Part shown: positions 38,866-52,197 of the stretch, piece by piece
Layout: the number at the start of each line of letters is the position of its first letter
How positions within the stretch are numbered: position 1 is the stretch's first letter
Assembly (NCBI RefSeq): GCF_006345805.1
Contig: NC_043004.1
Coordinates: 27,342,001 to 27,406,000, forward strand
Direction: 5' to 3'
DNA length: 64,000 bases
Origin: Octopus sinensis
Taxonomy: Eukaryota
Notes under the pieces: model-generated
Database searches by the model: none
Seen by the model: only the letters and a program-made list of their open reading frames with translations
Told to the model about the DNA's origin: nothing
Position numbers and translations under genes: made by a program

Positions 38866-39194
38866 GTATACACAACTGAGGTTACCTTGAGCAACCAGTA
38901 GTGAGGGAACCCAGAACCATGTAGTTGGAAAGCAAGCTTCTTACCACACAGCCATGCCTGTGCCTTTTTATAAAATGTCTGTTTTTATATCAAAGTATAT
39001 AGAAAAACATTTTAACAATAACCTGTTTGTTTACTCAATACTTTTGAGTAGAGTACATAATTATTGACTTTTACAAGGAAAAGAATAACAGTAACTTCAA
39101 AATTTTGGCTTGCTTGCCATCTGATGTTGAGCAAGTCAAAACTTTGAAGTCACTGTCAACTTTGCATTGCAAAAATCAATATATAAATTGGTTT

Positions 39195-39495
39195 TTGCAA
39201 TGTGTGGCTAAGTTGTAAGAAGTTTGCTTTCTAACTACATGGTTCCAAGTTCAGTTCTACTGTGTGGCACCTTGGGCAAGTGTCTTCTTCTATAGCCTTG
39301 GCCCAACCAAAGCCTTGTGAATGGATTCAGTAGATGGAAACTGAAAGAAGGCCGTCATATATGTATTTATGTGTGTATGTCTTTGCATCTGTGCTTGTCC
39401 CCACCACCATTTGGCAACCGATGCTGGTCTTTAAGGTGGTGCTCCAACATGGCCACAGTCTAATGACTGAAGCAAGCAAAAGAGAAAGATAGAAG
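39195..39495 (+). mobile_element. SINE family A, older internally deleted copy
   Basis: Head, core and tail are recognisable. Confidence 0.75.
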
Positions 39496-39544
39496 AATAT
39501 CTATATATAAATATATATGTGTGTGTGTGTGTGTGTATGTATAT

Positions 39545-40060
39545 TATATGGTGATTGCTCCATTTTCACAGACAATTGCCATCTCTTTGTGCTTCCACAT
39601 TGTTAATGCATTTCTGACTTTCCTTTTGTGACTTCTCAGATGAACATTCACTCCTGTTGCAGATCTGCATAGTTTGAAGCATAGGTGAGAGATGAGAGTT
39701 GCAAACACACTGTGTTTGCAACTGGTTAGGTCTGCACATGTCACCATTCTTCAATCACTCGAGGACTTCCAGTTGATGGAACGACAAATGAAGTCAGCAT
39801 AAAGAGACGTTTGTACATCATTGGATTATAGTGATAAATGTTTGTACAACACAGGTACCAATCTTTGAGTCTCTGTGATTAGTACCAGGTGACAACCATA
39901 GTGAGATCATCAATATCCATGTCAAATGCAGGCTTAACATTGGTGTTCCTCTCCTAGAAGGACACTGTGATAATAACTAGGGATCCCTCACTTTACTATG
40001 CTGCTACTCCAGGTCAGAGTAGACTTGGGAACAAGAGGTATCTCTACACGCCTCAAAATC
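39545..40060 (-). pseudogene. Probable RTE (BovB-like) LINE C-terminal remnant
   Basis: LCFKLCRSATGVNVHLRSHKRK resembles the terminal CxxC..H..H motif of RTE ORFs. Confidence 0.5.
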
Positions 40061-40079
40061 CACGATGTATGTATATACC

Positions 40080-40965
40080 AGTTTCAAATTTTGACACATG
40101 GCCAGCAATTTCAGGGGAAGGGGTAATTTGATTACATTTAACCCCAGTGTTTGACTGGTACCTATTTCATTAACCCTGCAAGGATGAAAGGCAAGGTCAA
40201 CCTCAGAGGAATTTTATCTCAGGTGGACGAAATATTGCTAAACATTTTGCTTGGTGTGCAAACAATTCTGTTAGTTCATCACCTTAATGTATGTATATAT
40301 TATATCAATATTGGTTTAAAACCATGGCACAATGCCAGCAATTTCATAGGAAATAGTAAGTCAATTATATTGGCCCCAGCACTCATCTGGTACCATTTTT
40401 ATCAACCTCAGAAGGATGAATGGAAAAGTCAACCCCAGAAACATTTGAACTCAGAATGTAAGGCTGGATGAAATGCTGCTAAGCAGTTTGTTTGGAGGTT
40501 TAAGGATTTGGCCAGCTCACCACCCTTTATACCATATTAATATTGATTTCAAATTTTGGTACAAGGCTTGCAAGTTCAGGACAGGGGTAAGTCAATTATA
40601 TTGACCCTAGTACTCAACTGCTGCTTATTTTATCAACTCCAAAAAGATGAAAGGCAAAGATGACTTCAGTGTAATTTGAAGCTGTAATGCATCTTGCCAC
40701 ATGTGCTAATAATTCTGCCAGCTCGCCACCTTAATAATAATAATGACTCTTTCTATTATAGACACAAAGCCTGAAAAGTTAGGGGAGGGGGCTAGTCAAT
40801 CACATAGATGCCAGTACTTGACTGGTACTTATTTTATTAACTCCAAAAGGATGAAATGCAAAGTTGATCTTGGCAGAATTTGAATTCAGAACATAAAGAT
40901 AGATAAAATGTTGCTAAGCATTTTGCCCTGTATGTGAACAATTCTGCCAACTCACCACCTTATAC
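40080..40965 (-). mobile_element. Four head-to-tail decayed SINE-B-related copies
   Basis: The GACCCCAG..CTGGTAC..AAGGATGAAAGGCAAAGTC..CTGCCAGCTC module recurs about every 220-240 bp. Confidence 0.8.
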
Positions 40966-41409
40966 CATATTAATATCAATATTATTATACTGCTAAGAAA
41001 TTTGGTAGCCTTCTAATTCCACAGAGGCTGTGATACCATATGAATTAGTAATAATTACCTAACAATAAGAATATTACTTTGAAAATAATATAGCTCTATT
41101 TAAATTGCTAATTTTAATCAGCTTTTAAGAAATACTCAGATCAGTTTAATGAGAGTGAATTTAAAATGAAATATAATGAGATATTAACCAAAGTCACATT
41201 GCTCCTTGAGAGACATAGAACTTAGATAATCAAAAACTATAAGTGTGTATTGTAATTATAATATGTTAGGTGTCATATATACATGAGTGAGAGTATGAGT
41301 GTGTGTGTATGTATGTATATATGAATCTCTCTCTCTCTCTCTCTATCTCTTTCTCTCTTTCTCTCTCTCTCTCCCCATCTCTCCCCTCCCCCCCTCTCTC
41401 TATATATTA

Positions 41410-41865
41410 TCATCATCATCATCGTTTAACGTCCGCTTTCCATGCTAGCATGGGTTGGACGATTTTACTGAGGACTGGCGAACCAGATGGCTGCACCAGG
41501 CTCCAATCTGATCTGGCAGAGCTTCTACAGCTGGGTGCCCTTCCTAATGCCAACCACTCCGAAAGTGTAGTGGGTGCTTTTACGTGTCACCGGCATGAGG
41601 GCCAATCAGGCGGTACTGGCAATGGCCACGCTCAAATGGTTGTTTTATACATGCCATCTGCACAGGAGCCAGTCCAGTGGCACTGGCAATGACCTCGCTT
41701 GAATGTTTTTTCACATGCCAGTAAGGCGACGCTGGTAACGATCATGCTTGGATGTTGCTCTTAGCGCTCCAGTAGCACGGATACCTGTCATCGAATTTGA
41801 TTTTGATTTCACTTGCCTCAACAGGTCTTTGCAAGCAGAGTTTAGTGTCCAATGAAGGAAAGGTA
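41410..41865 (-). mobile_element. RTE 3'UTR fragment
   Basis: (CAT)n-CGTTTAACGTCC... and ACTTGCCTCAACAGGTCTT match the reverse complement of 500-1005. Confidence 0.88.
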
Positions 41866-41934
41866 CGCATAATTGGGCTGGTTACATCCCTGGTATAGGC
41901 CATGAGGTTATGGTCTCACTTATATATATATGAT

Positions 41935-42262
41935 AAAGGGTAAAGACTCCCCTTGTTCATGAATGACTATGGGACTGTACCTAGAAAGTACCCTCCAAGG
42001 TACAAGTCTGAGCAAGGTTGTTTATGGAAGTCTATGTATACCAGCCTCCCCTCTCTATACCACCGATGCTGTCCAAGGGAAAGGCAAAAGCCAGTACAGC
42101 TTGGCACCAGTGATGTAACAACTCATTTATATGGCTGAGTGAACAGGATCAATGTGAACTAGTGTCTTGCTCAAGAAAACAGCACACAGCCTGGTCAGGG
42201 AATCAAACTCACTACCTCATGATTGTGAGCCCAATGCTCTAACCACTGAGCCATGCACCTTT
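41935..42262 (-). mobile_element. SINE family D (diverged)
   Basis: Matches 35982-36332. Confidence 0.85.
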
Positions 42263-42341
42263 ACACACACATACACACACACACACATATACATGCACAA
42301 ACAAATATACACATAAATAAAATATATGTATGTATGCATGT

Positions 42342-42384
<43 letters not shown>

Positions 42385-42404
42385 TACCTACACACACAGA
42401 CACA

Positions 42405-42462
<58 letters not shown>

Positions 42463-42751
42463 GTGTTGTATTTCAGGACAGGCATATTTTTTTTGCTAAA
42501 TAAACACATGCACTATATATTTTTCTTTACTTGTTTACTATTGTTCTTATTTTATTATTTGAACTCATGTCCATTATCCAGAATTCTTTCATCACACATC
42601 TGTGACCTCTTCAGAGACACGTTTTGCTTTCGTATGTGTTCTTATGGTTTCATCCAAGGAAATACTGGTTCAATACCTAGTATTTTGGGGGAATTAATTT
42701 CCTCAAAATAACAGGTATATATATATAAAACATATAGTTTATATTCATATA

Positions 42752-42916
42752 GGCACAGGAGTGGCTGTGTGGTAAGTAGCTTGCTAACCAACCACATGGT
42801 TGCGGGTTCAGTCCCACTGCGTGGCATCTTGGGCAAGTGTCTTCTGCTATAGCCCCAGGCCGACCAATGCCTTGTGAGTGGATTTGGTAGACGGAAACTG
42901 AAAGAAGCCTGTCGTA

Positions 42917-42998
<82 letters not shown>

Positions 42999-43212
42999 TG
43001 TGTCTGTGTTTGTCCCCCTAGCATTGCTTGACAACCGATGCTGTTGTGTTTACATCCCCGCCACTTAGCGGTTTGGCAAAAGAGACTGATAGAATAAGTA
43101 CTGGGCTTACAAAGAATAAGTTCCGGGGTCGATTTGCTCGACTAAAGGCGGTGCTCCAGCATGGCCGCAGTCAAATGACTGAAACAAGTAAAAGAGTAAA
43201 AGAGTAAAAGAA
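42752..43212 (+). mobile_element. SINE family A with expanded internal microsatellite
   Basis: Full-length copy. Confidence 0.95.
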
Positions 43213-43321
43213 TATAAAAGAAGAAAAAGAAAATGGACATTGGGGCATTAATAATCGTTTATGATTAACAGCAAATTAATCATCTTCATTAACAGCTATT
43301 TTAGTTAATACTCAGTAAATG

Positions 43322-43521
43322 TTAAACCTATTTTTATGTGACCCGAGCACAATATTTTCAGAGGAGAAAAATATACTCTTGGATGTTTTATATGTGTTTA
43401 TGCATTCATTATAGCAGATTCAGTCTGTTATGATGAATCCATAAACACATATAAAACATCGAAGGGTATATTTTTTCCCCTCTGAAGATACTATGCTCAG
43501 ATCACATAAAAATAAATTTAA
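43322..43521. mobile_element. 200-bp near-perfect palindrome (foldback/MITE)
   Basis: The left half TTTTTATGTGACCCGAGCAC...AGCAGAT is complementary to the right half with essentially no loop. Confidence 0.8.
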
Positions 43522-43637
43522 TATTTACTTAATATTTACAAAGTATTAATTGAAACAGCTGTAAGTGTAGATGATTAATTTGCTGTTAATAATAAGCAAT
43601 TATTAGCTTCCCTATCTCCATTTTCTTTTTCTTCTTA

Positions 43638-43702
<65 letters not shown>

Positions 43703-43769
43703 GTTTAAATATTTGTTGTGCAAGATTTTATTGGCTAAACTGGCAATATGACCATTCCGAAATATAACA

Positions 43770-43887
<118 letters not shown>

Positions 43888-44715
43888 TTATGTATGTATC
43901 CATATCTATCTATATATTCATGTGTGTGCATATATGTGTGTAAATATATAAATATATACACACATATACACACATACACACATGCATACACGTACATGTA
44001 TGTGTGGGGGTGTATGGCTGTATTTGTGCATGTATGTTTATATTAGAATGGTCAAATGTTTAAGAAAGCTTGCTTTGCAATCAGGCAGTCCAAGATTCCG
44101 TGTGATGCAATGACAGAAGATCAATAAAAAGAGATGAGGAGAGGATGAAGATGAGGATGAGGAGATTATGTGTAGAAGCTCCTTCAACTTTTGCCAACAC
44201 CACATCAGATAGAATTCTGTGGGATTGTTATACCTCAGCAACAGCTGTTATAAATATAGCATGAGTGATCAACCTGAATCAATGCAACAATAATGAATGA
44301 ACAAAATGCTGAGACCCTTGAAATCACTTCTCAATCACTTCTAGACTTAATCCCCTCATGGTTTAACAGCAAGTCCTTAACAGAGTTCACTGTCTGGCAA
44401 AAATTCAGGTCAGTTGACCAGTAAGAAGGTAATAGGTACTAGTCTCTGTGTCCAGATATTGAATAGGAGGATAACATCTAGCACCGGTTCCTGTCGCCCT
44501 TTAAAAGGCCATGGACACTGCATTTCCTACTCAGACTAAAGACATAAGAAAACACGACAAAGGAAACAGAAACCTCAGAACAGTTTGGAATGTGTCATCT
44601 GAATGAAATTATGGAATATATCTGGTCACATGGAAAAGGAAACCAATTGTGAGCATATTTAAAATATATATGTGTTTATATGTGTGTGCATATATACATA
44701 TATATGTGCAGATAT

Positions 44716-44773
<58 letters not shown>

Positions 44774-45479
44774 ATTCTTGAAAGGTAGGCCCATCACACT
44801 ACCTAGTTTGACTCTCTAGCCAAGCCCTTGGGGTTGTGAACTTTCAGACTATGTCTCCAGTAGGGTTTTTGCAAGGATCTTTTAATACCCCACCACCTAA
44901 TACATTTCCCCAAAGTACCAAAAATGTAAGTAAAATCATCTGGACGATTCTTCCTCCTCTTCTTCCAACTCTTTGCTTCAACTCTTACCCTAATTATTAT
45001 CTTTTACTCATATGCTGACCTCACATTCTCTTCCACTTGGAAACACAATGATCTCAACTCTTGTCTCCAATCCATCTATAATATCCAGGCTTAGTTCTTC
45101 CTTTCAACTTTATCCCATAAGCTATACTTACATGAATGTCATCCTTAATCATTTAGTTCTCTCATTTGGATATTAGCATTAATACCTCCCACTTACTCTG
45201 TCTCCCTTCTTTGTTTTCTTAATACCTCAAAACAACCAATTTTCCTTTGACAAAATCTCCTTCTACATCAAGGGAATATATCTTTCTCCACTCCTTTCCA
45301 AAGACATTATCCTTAGGTACTTCAAAACTCACAGCATCTCATGGCTTTCTCATTTATCCCTACAGGACATAGACAAACTTTTGCAATCTTCAATTCACTT
45401 CATCAACTTGTTTCAAATCCTACATACTGTCCAGATTGTCACATATACCCTTGACATCCTTGATTATTTTTCTCACCTC

Positions 45480-45880
45480 AAGAACTAAATTCTCTCAAAA
45501 TATAACTGTCTCTATGAGTGTCCAAGTACTGCCTCATTGCAACCACCCAACACAGATTCACAAAAGCTATGTGTGTCATAGAATACTGGACAGATCTCAG
45601 ACTCATCCTCACAAAACTCAACATGCACATCAAACCCAGGCAGCAACTACAAGGGAAGCTGGCAAACAAGCAACTATACATCAGCAAATTGGAACAGTCC
45701 AATGTGAAACAGAATGTCAGTGAGGGCCTGGAAACCAAGTTGGTACAAAGGAAACAGAAGAGTGAGGGAAGTTCAGAGATGTGGTGTACAACACTGCACT
45801 CAATCATCTGGTCCAGAACACAAGGAGATACCAAGACTGGTTCAACAACAATAAAGAAATTCAGAAGCTGCTCAATGGTA
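45480..45880 (+). pseudogene. RTE (BovB-like) LINE internal fragment after the endonuclease domain
   Basis: YWTDLRLILTKLNMHIKP..KQLYISKL..YQDWFNNNKEIQKLL resembles the RTE pattern WTDHRL..RLNVSKL..QDWFD. Confidence 0.7.
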
Positions 45881-47500
45881 GATTAAATAGGCTAGATAAT
45901 AATACACAAGCTTGCCTGAATCATTTCTCCTTTTTAAATTCTGATATTTTCCATTGTTTGGTTCTTGCCATAGCTATTATTATATATTATTAGATCTAAG
46001 TTGTAGTTATATAATGCTTGAAATATCTCTACTGATATTTCATCTGCTCCACTTGTTTTTCTATCTTCCATTGACCTTATGGCCCTCTATACATTTAAAA
46101 AAAATTTATTTCCTGTAACAGATTCGAAACTGAACACAGGCAGTAATACACTGGTGGTAATTCATCTGACAATCACAGAGCAAATTTGTCATGTGCCAAA
46201 GTAGGAAATCAATTTAAGCAATAATGTGAAATACAGAGCAGATTGCCAGATAACAAAGGAATATAGACAAGGCTGTAATTGCATCATCAGGGTTACAATG
46301 TGTAGGAGCAGATATGTCATTTTTTATCAGAATATATTTGGGCCTTTTGTGAATGTGATAAAATGCTTGGTAAGTTCTTTGAATGAAAATTATCTCAGAA
46401 CAAGAATAACTTGCATCATTCAATCCTTTTCTTACAAATGCATGAGAATATATGGATGAAAGGGTAAATATTCTGTAACATATCTCTCTTCTTCAGCATT
46501 CAATAACTGATTTCTCCAAGAACAACGCAGCATAATTTTTGAAGAAGCAAAAAGGGACAAGTAGTTTGCAATTGTCATTGATTTATCCCTCATCTGCTGT
46601 ATTATTTATCAATATATTTCTTCCAATCTTGTTACATGTTAGACATATCTATAATTCTCAAAAGTATTTTGTCATGGAGTATCAAAATGGAAGAGATTTG
46701 TCTTAAATTCTACTCATGTCTCTTGTTCCTCTCTTTTTTGTGGAAGAGACAAGAATATGCAAGACTTTAATGAGCAAATTTATGATAACATTATTTTCTG
46801 AATATATTAAATGTCATTAAATATATCAATAGAATAAATTTATGAATATATTAACTGCTATATTAGTGATTAACATTTAAAAAAATATGCACCATTTCAA
46901 GAGTTGATTTGTAATAAAAATCCACTGGCATCTCCATATATTTCCAGTAATGTTCATTGTTTTTAATCACACACAACAATCTGGAATGGAGGTTTTATTT
47001 GAAAAGACATTGATTAGTATGGTGCTGCCTACTATGTTCATTACATGGATTATAGCTATAGGACAGATCAGCCTACTTCCTTCAGTACATGGGTTATGGC
47101 TACAATATAAAGCCATGTACTTTTCTGGAGGTTTCTAAATTATGAATTAATAATTTAACTTGAAGACAGGTAAAAATGTAACATAAACTTGACTATTTAT
47201 TATTTTTTTATATATCACAATTCGTAAACAATACCATTTTTGGTTACAGGATCTCAACAAACCAGTTGCTTCCAAATGGGAATAGTAATCAAGGGAGTGT
47301 CTGAAATTAGTGCAATGGAGTGTGTTGTTATTGATGATTTGTATGAATGCCTAATGTCTCCAAATTTCACCCTCAAACAGTAATTTTTTATTAGTTTCAG
47401 CCATTGCACTGTAGCCATGATGGATGATGTTCTAATTATACATATATCTCAATTCACCTTGCTGTCAACAGGATTTACTGATGTTTACCACTTTCATATG

Positions 47501-48767
47501 TACGTGGGTCATCTGAAAAGTTCATAGCTTGACCAAGATACTCTCATAGAATCTGATCAAATGAGGTTTATTTTTCAACATAGTCCCTCTTGCTTTCCAT
47601 ACACTTCTTCCATTGATGTTGCAGTGCTTGGATTCATTGGTGAGGAAGATTTCATCTTGTTGGTCAAAAAGCAGTTATGACATCATCATCATCACTGAGA
47701 TATTGGTTCCCGGCTGAGTGTTTTTTTTTTCACTTTGGTAACAGATTGATAGTAAGATGGGGCCAAATCAGGAGAAAAGGGACAGAGATCAATCAGTTCA
47801 AAGACACAGTCATGCACAACAGCCATTGAAAGCAAGGACTTGTGTGCTGGAGCATTGTCCCAATGAATCAAGACTCCTTTTGTCAGTTTTCCTTGGCATT
47901 TTGTCTTGGTAGCAAGTAGGCATAGTACTCTCCATTGATGGTGTGACCCTTTCGAACATAGTCAATAAGTATGATGCCTTTCACAACCCCAAAAACTAAG
48001 GTATCTCTGTAGATACCTTCTTTGGAGCAGGTGTGTGGGTGTGTTTCCACTGCATAGATTATCTCTTTGTTTTTGGTTCAAAGTGAAGCACCCAACACTT
48101 TATCTTTGGCAAGGAAACATTCAAGGAAACCAGCTAGATTTACCTCAGGCAATAGCAGATTTTTCCATGATATGATCAGCCTGGTGTGTTTTTGATCAGG
48201 TGTCAGAAGATGTGGCACCCACCACACAGAGGCCTTCCCCATGCCAGGTTCATTGTGCAGAATATTCTCAACTCTCTCACAGAATATGCTAATAGCATTG
48301 GCTATTTGATTTATAGTCAATTGCTTGTCATCCATCGCCATGTGGTAAACACAATCAATGTTTTCCTCAGTAGTGGCAGATGCAAGATGTCCAGACCTTG
48401 GGTGATCTTCAACACGCTCCCTTCCTCTCCTAAATTCAATTATCCACTTTTGCACTGTTGATAAAGCTGGAGTGTCATCCCTTAATGTAGCAACCATACT
48501 AGTATGAATGATCTTGGAGGCTTAACTCTTTTTCTACAAGAACTTAATAACACCACAATGCCAATTTTTTTCCATTTTCACGAAAGGTTGCTACTAGTTA
48601 GTTTTGAAGTTTTCTTAAGACAGTCAGATGTCAGTTTACTTGGAAAGAAATAATGCAGTTATTAATTATTAAAAAAAGTTATTAACAGAAATTAATGCAT
48701 ACAAGATTTTACAGCTCTGCTATCAATCCTTCAGAGTCAGCTTATGAACTTTTCAGCCATCTTTGTA
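47501..48767 (-). mobile_element. Near full-length decayed mariner transposon (1.27 kb)
   Basis: TIRs TACGTGGGTCATCTGAAAAGTTCATAGCTTGAC and GTCAGCTTATGAACTTTTCAGCCATCTTTGTA with terminal TA. ORF 48078-48497 has the HTH region and WVPHLL (WVPHEL motif). The frame is broken. Confidence 0.93.
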
Positions 48768-48786
48768 TGTGTGTGCGCGCGCGCGC

Positions 48787-48827
<41 letters not shown>

Positions 48828-49199
48828 TATATCTGTATACAGTCGCTCTTTCTAATGTGACACTCTTGGTATGACCATCCCATTCACTATCCTTGCTGCA
48901 AATTACTCAGAACCATATTATTGTAATTTCTATGAGTATGATTTGGGAGAGATTTCTAGTTGTCTAAGCCAGTTGTTTTGTTTTGTAGTATCTCAGGTAT
49001 TTCAGAAAGGTGCAAAATGAAAGTAAAAAGTTGAATTTTATGGGTTTTTTCTAAGAATTTATAATAAAAGAAAAACATCTGGAGATGACAAGCATTATCA
49101 TTTTGACTTAGTGGATTGAAAGGAATTCTGTATTCAGAATTCATTTCCAACCAAAAATGTTGGTTGGAAGTTCAGATAAAATCCAGTTTAAGGAATATT

Positions 49200-51270
49200 T
49201 GATAGTTGTCATCATAGCAACATCATCATCACTAGTTAGCATCTGCAGTCCGTGCTTGCAAGGGATGGAAGGTTTGTACAGGATCTGACAGGTGGTAGTT
49301 TTAAATTGATTTGGCATTCAAAACGTCTAGAAATGAATAGGTCCTCTAGGAAATGTTTTAGCTGCAATAGTTGAACTTTCATTAAGAAGTGATTTAATAA
49401 CATAATTCAGAGATTTAGCAGAACTTAAATTGGGATGGGAATCCAACAGATACCACATCAATTCTGAATGTATTAGCATCTATCTCCTATGCTGGCATGG
49501 GTTGGGCATTTTTACAGGTCTCAATTAGTCCTATGACTGCAACATGTTTCAATATTTGATTTAGTCTGGTTTCTATAACTGGATACCCTTCCAAACACTA
49601 GCTATGTTATAGAGTGTATTGAGTGCTTATTTGTGCCACCAGTATTAGTGCGGTCATCATGCAGCTTGCAAGACTATGAATCCTGAGCGGGTGACTTTAT
49701 GCTGTGAGGTAAAGGCTGAAAGCATGACAGAAGGGTCCAAAGCAGAACAGGTTTCTTGCTGTAGGGAAGCTACATGACTTATTGCATTTTAGAAGAAAGG
49801 ATGGGAGAAATTATTTGGAGCTGGAAGAGATAAATATGGTGATAATGAGGTATCTGGGTGAACCTTTAAGATACAAGGTGAGAAAAAGTAAGTGGGGACT
49901 GAAGAACCTGGAGTTTGCAAGTGTGGATGTAAGAGATGGGGAATGTGTGACAGGAGGGGAGGTGAGTGGCAACTGTAAAGATTAGTCAGGGTTGAAAGGT
50001 GGATGTAGTGAATGGTAGATAAGGGATGTGTGATGACCCAAGATGCAAGAGGTGGAGGAAGTATGGTGAGAAGAATATGACTGACAGAGCAGGAAAACAG
50101 TGGGGACAGGAGAATAGTAATGATGATATAATAGATAGAAGGATGAAAGAGATATGACATATGGTTAAGTAGGTTGCAGAAATTTTGGCAGAGTGGAGTA
50201 GTCACCCTAAAGTGGGTGAGGAGAGAACAGTATTAATGGATGAAGGATGGATAACCATTAATATGTAAGTGGACAGAAAGAAAAATAAGTGATATCAAAG
50301 GAAGAACAGGAGTTAGAGAGATGATGGGTGATGAAGGTGTCTTAAGAAGGAAATGGGGGAATGGTTCAGTTGTGCACATATTTACACATACAGCCCTTCC
50401 AGAACTCAATTTCACTGAGGTGGGTGGTTCTTCTCAAGACCTGCATATTGCCAGTCATCCCAGTTCCTTGTCATTTTCTCCATATGGTTCAAATCCTGAG
50501 ATCAGCCTTCACCACTTTGCTTGATGTCATACTGAGTCTCCATTTTCCATTGGCTCCAACTACCCCAGGTGATTGGTACTTTTTTATGCAGCTAACATCA
50601 TCCGTGTGCTTCACATATCTAATCCAGTGCAGTCTTCTTTCTTGTACATGACATTTTATTCCTCTTATGTCCAGTTTTTCTCTGAACATATTCGTACTTT
50701 GTCATTTTTGCACACTTAAATTGCACACTGAGCAGGGCATGCTGGCATCATTTCTTTCTACTTTTCACACGGCCTTTGCATTCAAGGCCCATGTCTCACT
50801 ACCACACAGTATGACAGTTCTAACACAAGTATCATCACTCTAAGAGGAAAGAACTTTGTTGTTAACAGTGATAGTAGCTCCCAGAACTTTTTTCAGCATG
50901 TTCTCTGTCTAGTTACTATGTGCTTTATAAGCTAATTATATTTCCTAGGTAACAAAAGCTACCAATACCTTTGCAGAACCATCTGGGAATGTAAGAGAAT
51001 CTGGTGTGCTTGTAGTACATATTGTTCCAGTGCATCTGTCACATATGCTAGTCTGCCTGTAATTCCACTGCATCTCTTCTGCTTACATTGGGCACAGTGT
51101 ATGGAGTTTATACCTACTCCTTTCCTGCATATGAGTAAGGCCATTTCCTTGAAGATACCAGGATTGTCTTCTTTCCTACTTACTACAACCTTAATTTCTG
51201 CTAAGTTTACCTTAAGATCTCTCGATTCTAGGCTTGGCTTCCAAGGTTGGAATTTTCTCTCTAATTCTTT
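49200..51270 (-). mobile_element. Old RTE LINE copy (RT C-terminus, purine-rich spacer, 3'UTR)
   Basis: Minus strand CRKGVGINSIHCAQC and ERRLHWIRYV motifs at 50.4-51.2 kb, with a degenerate terminal module at 49.2-49.7 kb. Confidence 0.7.
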
Positions 51271-51738
51271 TATACATTCAGCTATTAGAAATTCCTCTGT
51301 TGAGGAATGGATCTATGATGAATAGGAAAAGACTGAGCATTGGTGGACTCCTTCACTCATACAAAATTCATCACTGAAATCATTGTTGACTCTTACACTC
51401 TTACTTTACTTACTAAATCTTTGTATGCAACTAGTACAGCGTCCTCACAAGCAATTCATTTACACCTAGTTTCCTTATTGACCACTAATTGACTGAATGT
51501 GGTACCTGAGAAAACTCTTTTCCAAATCAATAAAAAACATTCATAATAGCTTATTCATAACCAAGTGTTGCTAATGCAATTGCCTCATTTGGAAACTAGC
51601 ATCTGTGGCACCTTTTCCATGCAAGAAGCTACACTATATCTCATTTAGGTTTACTCTGTCACAGATCGTTTGTCCTAAGACCCTCTCCATGCAAACAGTA
51701 TTTGTGGGTGTAGGAAAATATATATACATATCACATAC

Positions 51739-52197
51739 TTAACCCTTTCATTACCAACCCGGCTAAAACCGGCTCTGGCTCTGAGTACAAATGTCCTCTT
51801 TTCATAAGTTTTGAATTAAAATCTTCCACCAAACCTTAGTTACAATTTATGTTCCTAACACTAGCTGAATAGTAACCAAGTTATTTTACTAAATTCTTTG
51901 TTATCATCATCATCATCATCATCATCGTTTAACGTCCGTTTTTCATGCTAGCATGGGTTGGACGGTTCAACTGGGGTCTGGGAAGCCAGGAGGCTGCGCC
52001 AGGCCCAGTCTGATCTGGCAGTGTTTCTACAACAGATGCCCTTTCTAACGCCAACCACTCCGAAAGTGTAGTGGGTGCTTTTTATGTGCCACCTGCACAG
52101 GTGCCAGACGAGGCTGGCAAACGGCCACGATCGGATAGTGCTTTTTACGTGCCACCGGCAGAGCATCTCAAAATAAATACAGTAATGAAAGGGTTAA
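51739..52197. mobile_element. piggyBac-type MITE interrupted by an RTE 3' fragment
   Basis: TTAA-CCCTTTCATTAC and GTAATGAAAGGG-TTAA are perfect TIRs with TTAA TSD. Confidence 0.9.
51903..52160 (-). mobile_element. RTE 3'UTR fragment nested in the MITE
   Basis: Matches the reverse complement of 750-1005. Confidence 0.9.

Noticed and set aside
40080-40965. CRISPR-like or satellite array
   Set aside because: The units are full decayed SINE copies in a eukaryotic context, with no short repeat-spacer structure.
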